Assembly (NCBI GenBank): GCA_043816185.1
Contig: JBDRIG010000055.1
Coordinates: 1 to 28,213 of the forward strand
Reading direction: 5' to 3'
Length of the DNA: 28,213 nucleotides
From: Elusimicrobiota bacterium
Lineage (GTDB): Bacteria; Elusimicrobiota; UBA8919
Shown here: piece by piece, positions 18,435-26,096 of the stretch
Numbering within the stretch: position 1 is the first letter of the stretch
Layout: the number at the start of each line of letters is the position of its first letter
Program-made: the position numbers and the translations under genes
The notes under the pieces: generated by a model
Database searches by the model: none
What the model was told of the DNA's origin: nothing
What the model saw: only the letters and a program-made list of their open reading frames with translations

Positions 18435-19633
18435 ATCCAGTTACAAATTTAATAAATAATTCACAAAAAACTGAAACAAACGCTGCTGTCGGCGTAAAAG
18501 TTGCCTATATCATTACACTTTTAGAACTCGGAGGAGCACAAGAAGTTGTGCTGTATACCTGTGAGCATCTTAATAAAAACAAATTCGATGTTATATTAAT
18601 TTGTGGAAAAGGTGGCAAACTCGACAATAAAACAAAAGACATAAAAACATTTTTTGTGAAAGAATTAGTGCGACAAATAAATCCTATCAACGATTTACTC
18701 GCTTTTGTAAAAATTTATAAAATTTTGAAAAAAGAAAAACCAGATATTGTTCACACACACTCATCTAAAGCTGGAATTGTTGGACGTTGGGCTACATATT
18801 TTTTACGACTTACGACTTATGACTTACGATTTATGAAAATTGTTCACACAATTCATGGTTTTGGTTTTAACGATGAACAGAATTATTTTGTCAGAAAAAT
18901 TTACATTTTTGTTGAATGGTTAGCAGCAAAAATCACAAATAAATTCATTGCTGTCTCTTACGAAAATATATCTAAAGGACTGAAAAATAAAATCGGTTTT
19001 GAAAAACAATACACGGTAGTACGAGCTGGAATAAAAATTAGTGATTACCAAATTAAGATTGATATTGATAAGAAAAAAAAAGAGTTTGGAATTAAAAATG
19101 AGTCTGTTGTTGGAATGGTTGCTTGTTTTAAGAAGCAAAAGGCACCACTCGATTTTATAAAAACTGCAAAATTGGTGTGCAATGAAAAACCCGATACCAA
19201 GTTTATACTTGTTGGAGATGGGGTTTTAAGAGGGAAAATCGAATTTGAAATTAAAAAATTAAATTTGGAAAAAAATGTAATACTTGCTGGTTGGCGGAAT
19301 GATGTAAATGAAATTATAAAAATTTTTGATATTTTTATTTTAACATCGCTTTGGGAAGGACTTCCAATGGTAATTATAGAGGCGATGGCAACTGGTATTC
19401 CAGTAGTTGCAACATACGTTGATGGAACGAAAGAAGTTGTTCAGGAAGGTTTAACTGGTTTTGTTGTTCAACCTCACGAGACAGAAAAAATGGCTGAAAG
19501 AATTTTGAGATTGCTAAACGATGTTAATTTACGAAAAAAGTTTTCTGAAACTGCAAAAAAAAGAGTTCAAGAATTTGATGCTGATTTAATGGTTTTAGAT
19601 CAAGAAAGACTATACCTATCACTACTTTATTAA
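18419..19633 (+). CDS. GT4-family (GT-B) glycosyltransferase
   Basis: LELGGAQ, PDIVHTHSSKAG, VHTIHG, K.QK, VGDG and TSLWEGLP....EAMATG.PVVAT. Start at ATG 18419 (MAEK...) fits the paralog better than 18365. Confidence 0.92.
   Translation: MAEKINPVTNLINNSQKTETNAAVGVKVAYIITLLELGGAQEVVLYTCEHLNKNKFDVILICGKGGKLDNKTKDIKTFFVKELVRQINPINDLLAFVKIYKILKKEKPDIVHTHSSKAGIVGRWATYFLRLTTYDLRFMKIVHTIHGFGFNDEQNYFVRKIYIFVEWLAAKITNKFIAVSYENISKGLKNKIGFEKQYTVVRAGIKISDYQIKIDIDKKKKEFGIKNESVVGMVACFKKQKAPLDFIKTAKLVCNEKPDTKFILVGDGVLRGKIEFEIKKLNLEKNVILAGWRNDVNEIIKIFDIFILTSLWEGLPMVIIEAMATGIPVVATYVDGTKEVVQEGLTGFVVQPHETEKMAERILRLLNDVNLRKKFSETAKKRVQEFDADLMVLDQERLYLSLLY
18803..18837. repeat. (TTAYGAH)x5 tandem heptamer inside the GT4 gene
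   Basis: TTACGAC TTACGAC TTATGAC TTACGAT TTATGAA. Confidence 0.92.
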
Positions 19634-19685
19634 GTGACTCATTTACTGACAACCTATTTTATATTCATGGTTATTGCAATAAGGC

Positions 19686-19883
19686 GTCATCGCGAGGGCG
19701 AAGCTCGTGGCATCTTGCTTTTTTGGACAACGACGAGATTGCTTCGCTGTCGCTCGCAATCAGACTGTGTCGCAATCCATCTTTTACCATCTAGTGTTGG
19801 ATTGCAGTACCATATTTTATCATCAGTTGCTATCTTCTATAAAAATGCAACTTTTTAGCTCATTGCGACACAGTCTCAATGAC
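19686..19883. repeat. REP-like GC-rich palindromic element interrupted by MITE copy 2
   Basis: Left end GTCATCGCGAG (19686-19696) is the inverted partner (10/11) of CTCGCAAT|GAC (19753-19760 joined to 19881-19883) once the MITE and one TSD are removed. Internal GCATCTTG pairs imperfectly with GAGATTGC. Confidence 0.75.
19761..19877. mobile_element. 117-bp MITE, copy 2
   Basis: Same TIRs as copy 1, with AAT direct repeats at 19758-19760 and 19878-19880. Two substitutions relative to copy 1. Confidence 0.93.
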
Positions 19884-19949
19884 AGACAAGGTCGCCCACA
19901 ATGACAAACTGAACTTAATGAAGTAGTGCTATCACTAATCTAAAATATT

Positions 19950-21746
19950 ATGCTTTGCCAATTACGAAAGTTTATCGATATAAAAATAACAGTTATTTTA
20001 ATTTTGTCAGCCGTACTGTACTTACTATCTACAAATTATCATTATGTTGGCTATTTCAACGACGACGCCCACTATATTTTAATAGCGCGAAAAATCTTTT
20101 CACAACCATTTTGTAAATACCCACCTTTTTTCCCATTCATTATATTTATAGTATCAAAACTGTTAGGCGATTCATTTTTTGTTCTGAAATTAATATCGAT
20201 TACTTCAACATTGTTTTGTGCAACGTTAATTTATTTTTTTTGGAACAAAATTGAAAAAAATATAATAATTCCAATTCTAATTTTGTTTTTATTACACCCT
20301 TTAATATTAATTTTTTCCACACAAGTTATGTCAGAAAGTATCTATTTACTTTCATGTGTGGTTTTTTTTGTAGTTTTTGATAACATTCTTGAAAAAAAAT
20401 TAAAACCTGTAAATATTTTATATCTAACACTACTCGCCGCAATTCCCATCTATATCAGAATAATAGGAATAACAGTTCCAATATCCTTGGCGTTATATTT
20501 TATAATTAAAAAAAGAGTTAGTATCTTTTTGTATACAACTTTGCTTTTAGTTATTTTTTTAGCACCCCTATTTATCTGGTGGCATCCTTCAACTTATTAT
20601 GAAGAATTGAACAAAATTTTTCTTTTAGAATTTGTAAAAAATATATATTTTTATTCAAGTAATATTTTTAATATATTTTTCTCTCCACTAACCGGAAATT
20701 TTTCTCCAATAAAGTCAACAATAGGTTTTTTCATATTATTTTTTATAGCAGTTGGCTTATATGACAAAAAAGTAAATTTAATCCAAAAGATTTACTTTAT
20801 AATTTATCTAATTTTTATTATGTTTGTATCCTATAAAGATATGAGATATTTGCATGGTATTGTGCCTTGGATTATTCTTTTTGCATTTTTAGGAGTATCG
20901 AAAGTATTAAAAACCAAATTTTTATATTTAGTGACCATACCATTTGCTTTATTATTTTTTGTATCAGATATAAAAATAATTACCGATTCGCTAACAAAAA
21001 AAACTTACAATCTTTTTTTTCCAAAAGAAACTTATTTTTTTATGAAAACCTCAATACCCAAAGAAGATAAAATAATTTCAAGCCAAGCTGGCGCCTCAGA
21101 ACTTTATACAGGCATAAAGTCATACCCATTTGGTTATTATAATTTCCAAGACGATGATCTTTATTACAACCTACTTAAAGAAAGAATAAATTATATATTA
21201 TTTTTTTCACCAAACAGAATACAAATTGGCGTCGGAACTCTTATACCAATATTGTCTGTAAAAGAAATTGCAAATTCCGACGCAAGGAGATATTTGCCTA
21301 TTTATCTAAATATGAAAGAATCAACGAAAATATATAAAGTTATACCACCAATTAATAAAGAAAATTATATTGAATCCTATGAAGAAATCGCGAGTGCTTT
21401 ACAATTAATCGATTTGAAAGATTTTTCCAAAGCAGAAAAAGTACTTATTAAAATTGTAAAAAAAGAACCTTCTTTGGTTAAGGCAAGGAATATTTTAGCG
21501 AATGTCTGCATTTTGCAGAATAAATTATTTTGTGCTGAAAAAGAATTGCTTTTGTCCACAAAAATTAATCCAGATTATCCAATGACATTTGCAATACTTG
21601 GACAATTGTATTTCTTTAATGGTGATAAGATCAAATCAAAAGAATTTTATGAGCAGGCACTGTTACTTGCAGATAAAAGGTATGATTTTAAACTCTCAAA
21701 AAATATAAAACAGGATTTAATGATGTTGAAAAATGCTGGAAAATGA
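19950..21746 (+). CDS. Multi-TM GT-C fold glycosyltransferase fused to C-terminal TPR repeats
   Basis: YFNDDAHY acidic first loop, YPP.FP, MSE, IR..G and RYL. C-terminus has TPR-like helices (P....ARN.LA, INPDYPMTFAILGQLY...G....S...YEQAL). Confidence 0.75.
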   Translation: MLCQLRKFIDIKITVILILSAVLYLLSTNYHYVGYFNDDAHYILIARKIFSQPFCKYPPFFPFIIFIVSKLLGDSFFVLKLISITSTLFCATLIYFFWNKIEKNIIIPILILFLLHPLILIFSTQVMSESIYLLSCVVFFVVFDNILEKKLKPVNILYLTLLAAIPIYIRIIGITVPISLALYFIIKKRVSIFLYTTLLLVIFLAPLFIWWHPSTYYEELNKIFLLEFVKNIYFYSSNIFNIFFSPLTGNFSPIKSTIGFFILFFIAVGLYDKKVNLIQKIYFIIYLIFIMFVSYKDMRYLHGIVPWIILFAFLGVSKVLKTKFLYLVTIPFALLFFVSDIKIITDSLTKKTYNLFFPKETYFFMKTSIPKEDKIISSQAGASELYTGIKSYPFGYYNFQDDDLYYNLLKERINYILFFSPNRIQIGVGTLIPILSVKEIANSDARRYLPIYLNMKESTKIYKVIPPINKENYIESYEEIASALQLIDLKDFSKAEKVLIKIVKKEPSLVKARNILANVCILQNKLFCAEKELLLSTKINPDYPMTFAILGQLYFFNGDKIKSKEFYEQALLLADKRYDFKLSKNIKQDLMMLKNAGK

Positions 21747-21790
21747 AAAAATAAATTTATCATGTAGCATATCAAGGCAAAGTAAAAAAA

Positions 21791-21819
21791 TTGACAAACC
21801 AACAAAAATTATATACAAT
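21791..21819 (+). promoter_or_regulatory. Near-consensus sigma70 promoter for the acyl-CoA dehydrogenase gene
   Basis: TTGACA (21791-21796), 17-nt spacer, TACAAT (21814-21819). An A-tract lies upstream and AAGGGGG RBS precedes ATG 21857. Confidence 0.85.
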
Positions 21820-21856
21820 TTTCATAGCAATAAGTAAGAAATAAGGGGGAAATTTT

Positions 21857-23014
21857 ATGAATTATTTTTTAACTGATGAGCAAGGGATGATTGTTGATCT
21901 TGCAAGAAAGGTTGCAAACGAGAAAATCAAGCCTGTTCGACAGGAATTTGATGAAAACGGTGAATTTCCGTGGGAAATTGTAAAGGAACTTTCTCAGGCC
22001 GACCTAATGGGACTTTATATTTCGCAGGATTATGGTGGGTTTGGAGGTGGGGTGATGGAATTGTGCCTTGCCGTCGAGGAATTGTGCAAAGTTGATGGCG
22101 GAATCTCGCTTTCACTTGCCGCAACAGCACTTGGAACATTTCCTATAATTTTGTTTGGTACCGACGAACAGAAGAAAAAATATCTTCCAAGAATTGCAAA
22201 AGGCGAGTCGCTCGCTGCATTTGGATTAACTGAGCCAGAAGCAGGAAGTGATGCGGGCTCAACAAAAACAACTGCAAAAAAAGATGGCGACCATTACATA
22301 TTAAATGGGACAAAATGTTTTATCACAAACGGTGGAGTCGCAGAAGTTTATACAGTAATTGCTATGACCGATAAATCAAGAGGTTCACGTGGGGCATCCG
22401 CATTTATAGTCGAAAAGGGAACTCCTGGATTTTCATTCGGAAAAAAAGAAAACAAAATGGGGATCCGAGCGTCAGCAACTTGCGAATTGATATTTCAGGA
22501 TTGCAAAATTCCAAAAGAAAATCTTTTAGGCAAGGAAGGTGCAGGTTTTATCGTAGCGATGAAAACACTTGACCAATCAAGACCTGGTGTTGCAGCACAG
22601 GCGTTAGGCATAGCCGCTGGTGCATTAGACGAAGCCGTTGAGTATGCAAAAACAAGAAAACAATTTGATCATCCAATTTCGTCGTTCCAAGCGATACAAC
22701 ATATATTGGCAAACATGGCGACGGAAGTTGAGGCAGCACGAGCATTGGTTTATGCTGTAGCAAGAGCAATTGACAGAGGCGATAAAGACGTTTCTGGGGC
22801 ATCAGCTATGTGTAAACTTTTTGCTTCCGATGTTGCAATGAAGGTTACAACCGACGCAGTCCAGGTTTTTGGTGGGTATGGTTATATGAAGGAATATCCT
22901 GTTGAAAAGATGATGCGCGACGCAAAAATTACCCAAATTTACGAGGGAACAAACCAAATACAGCGAAATGTAATAGCACTTGATTTAATAAAAAGATCTG
23001 CGAAGAAGAAATAA
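21857..23014 (+). CDS. Acyl-CoA dehydrogenase (short-chain/butyryl-CoA type)
   Basis: AFGLTEPEAGSD, LNGTKCFITNG, KENKMGIRAS, R.QF, QVFGGYGY and RDAKITQIYEGTNQIQR. Confidence 0.96.
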   Translation: MNYFLTDEQGMIVDLARKVANEKIKPVRQEFDENGEFPWEIVKELSQADLMGLYISQDYGGFGGGVMELCLAVEELCKVDGGISLSLAATALGTFPIILFGTDEQKKKYLPRIAKGESLAAFGLTEPEAGSDAGSTKTTAKKDGDHYILNGTKCFITNGGVAEVYTVIAMTDKSRGSRGASAFIVEKGTPGFSFGKKENKMGIRASATCELIFQDCKIPKENLLGKEGAGFIVAMKTLDQSRPGVAAQALGIAAGALDEAVEYAKTRKQFDHPISSFQAIQHILANMATEVEAARALVYAVARAIDRGDKDVSGASAMCKLFASDVAMKVTTDAVQVFGGYGYMKEYPVEKMMRDAKITQIYEGTNQIQRNVIALDLIKRSAKKK

Positions 23015-23077
23015 TAGATTTTAAATTTTCGAGAAAAAATTTTCGAAAAGATTAGTCGTAGGCAAATATTATAAATA

Positions 23078-25348
23078 ATGAAAAAAATTAATTTTATTTT
23101 TGGCGTGCACAACCATCAACCAGTTGGTAATTTTGACAATGTTTTTGAATGGGCGACAAAACAGGCATATCAGCCTTTTTTAGATGTAATTGAAAAACAC
23201 CCAAGTATAAAAATTGTTTTTCACTATACAGGATGTCTTATTGATTGGTTTGAAAAAAATAATCCAGAAATGCTTGCCCGTATTAGAACGTTGGTAGAAA
23301 AAGGTCAGGCAGAAGTTCTAACTGGTGGATATTATGAGCCCATACTTCCCATAATTTCCGATAGCGATAAATTTGGTCAAATAAAAAAACTTTCTAATTA
23401 TATAAAGGAAAAATTTTTTTATACAGCCAAAGGTATGTGGTTGGCTGAAAGAATATGGGAGCCATCAATTGCTAAAATATTAAACGAAGCGGGTGTGGAA
23501 TATATTGTTTTAGACGATTCACATTTTCTTGCTGGTGGTATAGAAGAAAAAAAACTTCGCGGATATTTTATTACGGAAGAACAAGGAGCAATGCTTAAAA
23601 TTTTTCCAATCAGTCAATATTTAAGATATGCTATACCTTTTGCAGATCCACAAGATACGATAGAATATCTCAAAAGCGAGGCCTCTGACGACCCGTCACA
23701 ATTACTTGTCATTGCTGATGACGGTGAAAAATTTGGTATTTGGCCTGACACATATAAAACATGTTATGAAAAAAAATGGTTGGAAAAATTTATTACACTT
23801 TTAGAAGAAAATTCCGATTGGATTAATGTTACAACATTTTCACAATATCTAAAAGAATTTCCGGCAAAAGATAGAGTTTATCTTCCGACTATTTCATATT
23901 CCGAGATGAGTGAATGGACGCTTCCTTCATCAGCACAAGTTGAGTTTGAGGAAATAGTTGCGAAATCTCCAATTAATCTGAAAAGATTTTTGAAAGGTGG
24001 TTTTTGGCGCAATTTTCTGACGAAATATTCAGAATCGAACCAGATGCATAAAAAAATGCTTTATGTGAGTGAGAAAATTGATAGCATAATTAAAAATGTA
24101 AAGCGTAAAATAGAAAATGAAAAAAGTGTTCCTACGCCATACACCCTACGCCTTACGTCGCAGATTCAACAAGCACTGAATTTACTATACAAAGCACAAT
24201 GCAATTGCGCCTATTGGCATGGTGTTTTCGGTGGACTTTATCTTCCACATTTAAGGCATGCAATTTACAAAAATCTTATAGAAGCAGAAGTAGAGTCGGA
24301 GATTAATTGCTTGTCGTCCGCGATTTGCTCGCCTCAATGTGAAACGGATTGTCGTGAGGGCATCGAGCAGGAAAGTCAGAAATTGAAAATTGAAGTATTG
24401 GATTTTGACAAAGATGGACAAGACGAAATAATTATTACAAATAATATTTTTAATGTTTATGCAAAACCGTCTTATGGTGGTACAATTTTTGAAATTGATT
24501 TTAAGCCTGCCAGATATAATCTAACAGATGTTTTAACAAGAAGGCTTGAAGCGTATCATAAAAGGGTTGAGGCCGCTGTCATTAAAAGTACCGTTGTGGA
24601 CGAAAAACTTGAAACTATACATGGTACATATTGGACAAAGGAACTCGAACTTCAAAAACATCTAAAATATGATTGGTACAACAGGTATTCTCTTATAGAT
24701 CATTTTTTTCATCCTTCAACAACACTTGAAAAATTTGCCAACTGTGAATATAGCGAACTTGGAGATTTTGTCGACCAATCATATAAGATGGAAACTGGAA
24801 ACAGTCAGATAAATTCACCGCAGATGAAGCCCACGGCGAAGAAGTTGGGAACTGTGTTAAAAAGAGACGGTCATTTGTGGACGGAGAATGGTGCTTTTCC
24901 AATTCAGATTGTAAAATCAATAATCTTTGCAAACTCTAATATAATCGTTGAATATAAGATTACAAATAATTCATCAAGTGAATTAGAAATATGGTTTGGA
25001 AGTGAATTCAATTTTTCTTTTTCAAATCCAAATGATGAAAAATGTTTCTATTGTGCAGATTCATTGGTATCTGGAACAAAAAAAGAATTTTTTTCCACAA
25101 AAACATCATTTGAAAAAACTAAATGTCTCAAGATGTTTGATCGCTACAATGGTTTTTCAATTGATTTAGAGACATCAGACGAATTTGATTTTTGGGTGTT
25201 TCCTATATGGACAGTTTCACTATCGGAAAGTGGTTTTGAAAAAACATATCAAGGATCTTCCATTACACCTAACAGAAAAATTTTCTTAAAACCAAACGAG
25301 GTATCCTCGTTTGAAATAAAAATTTCATGTAGTTTGTTGGGGGAGTAG
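23078..25348 (+). CDS. GH57 4-alpha-glucanotransferase / alpha-amylase (DUF1925/DUF1926 type)
   Basis: HNHQPVGNF, GGYYEPIL, GMWLAERIWEP (nucleophile E), DDGEKFG.WP (acid/base D), AQCNCAYWHGVFGGLYLPHLR and SLSESGFE..YQG. Confidence 0.93.
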   Translation: MKKINFIFGVHNHQPVGNFDNVFEWATKQAYQPFLDVIEKHPSIKIVFHYTGCLIDWFEKNNPEMLARIRTLVEKGQAEVLTGGYYEPILPIISDSDKFGQIKKLSNYIKEKFFYTAKGMWLAERIWEPSIAKILNEAGVEYIVLDDSHFLAGGIEEKKLRGYFITEEQGAMLKIFPISQYLRYAIPFADPQDTIEYLKSEASDDPSQLLVIADDGEKFGIWPDTYKTCYEKKWLEKFITLLEENSDWINVTTFSQYLKEFPAKDRVYLPTISYSEMSEWTLPSSAQVEFEEIVAKSPINLKRFLKGGFWRNFLTKYSESNQMHKKMLYVSEKIDSIIKNVKRKIENEKSVPTPYTLRLTSQIQQALNLLYKAQCNCAYWHGVFGGLYLPHLRHAIYKNLIEAEVESEINCLSSAICSPQCETDCREGIEQESQKLKIEVLDFDKDGQDEIIITNNIFNVYAKPSYGGTIFEIDFKPARYNLTDVLTRRLEAYHKRVEAAVIKSTVVDEKLETIHGTYWTKELELQKHLKYDWYNRYSLIDHFFHPSTTLEKFANCEYSELGDFVDQSYKMETGNSQINSPQMKPTAKKLGTVLKRDGHLWTENGAFPIQIVKSIIFANSNIIVEYKITNNSSSELEIWFGSEFNFSFSNPNDEKCFYCADSLVSGTKKEFFSTKTSFEKTKCLKMFDRYNGFSIDLETSDEFDFWVFPIWTVSLSESGFEKTYQGSSITPNRKIFLKPNEVSSFEIKISCSLLGE
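24088..24158. repeat. Two convergent degenerate heptamer arrays inside the GH57 gene
   Basis: AATTAAA AATGTAA AGCGTAA AATAGAA AATGAAA, then CCTACGC CATACAC CCTACGC CTTACGT. GCGTA and TACGC are complementary. Confidence 0.75.
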
Positions 25349-25466
25349 GCAACTCGGTAGTAAGAGATGTGGCAGCTCAGTAAATTAATCGTATCTCGCG
25401 AGTCATTTCTCTACTTCTTACATCTCTGTTTTTTTTGTAGACCGTGCGAGTTATTGGTGAAAAGAT

Positions 25467-26060
25467 ATGTCTGATGTTCTCGTATTGAACAAAAAATTTT
25501 ATGCTATTCACATAACAACTTGGCAAAAAGCATTTTCTCTTCTGTATCTTGATCATGCTAGTGTTGTTGATGAGGAGTACAAGACATACTCCTTTGATGA
25601 TTGGAAAGATATTTCACAACATATTGCTAAAAAACCATCTAATTTTATTTATACTCCGCTTTTTAAGATAGCAATTCCAGAAGTCATACTATTGAAGTTT
25701 TACGACGATCTTCCACCAATGGATGTAAAGTTTACTAGAAGAAACATCTATGAACATTACAAATATAAATGTTGTTATTGTGGAAAAAATAAAATAACAA
25801 GCGATCTTAATCTTGAACATATAATTCCTGTAAGTCGAGGTGGCGCAACCGATTGGTCAAACGTCGTAATTTCCTGTATTCGATGTAATCTTAAAAAAGC
25901 AGCAAGAACTCCGATGGAAGCAGGTATGAAACTTTTGGTTACGCCAGAGAAACCTAAGTGGATGGGCCCAATTTCGCTTTGTTTTAAGACGGGTATAAAA
26001 ATAAAAGCATCATGGCAAAGATTTATTGATAATATTTATTGGAATACTGAGTTAGAATAA
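25467..26060 (+). CDS. HNH endonuclease (McrA-like, stand-alone)
   Basis: VLVLN, P.VI.L..Y, FTRRNI, CCYCG, LEHIIPVSRGG...WSNVV.SC..CN..K..RTP. Confidence 0.92.
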   Translation: MSDVLVLNKKFYAIHITTWQKAFSLLYLDHASVVDEEYKTYSFDDWKDISQHIAKKPSNFIYTPLFKIAIPEVILLKFYDDLPPMDVKFTRRNIYEHYKYKCCYCGKNKITSDLNLEHIIPVSRGGATDWSNVVISCIRCNLKKAARTPMEAGMKLLVTPEKPKWMGPISLCFKTGIKIKASWQRFIDNIYWNTELE

Positions 26061-26096
26061 AGTAGTTAGGGGATTAAAAGGTTAATTGGTTTTAGT

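Noticed and set aside
16927..19877. Composite transposon formed by the two MITEs
   Set aside because: Each copy has its own TSD (TAA, AAT), and the outer flanks do not match each other.
19634..19904. ORFs 19634-19858 and 19707-19904
   Set aside because: They are read-throughs of the REP-like palindrome and the MITE, with no protein-like features.
25349..26060. IscB/HEARO or Cas9-like RNA-guided nuclease
   Set aside because: The 197-aa HNH lacks PLMP and RuvC motifs and matches the common stand-alone McrA-like family.
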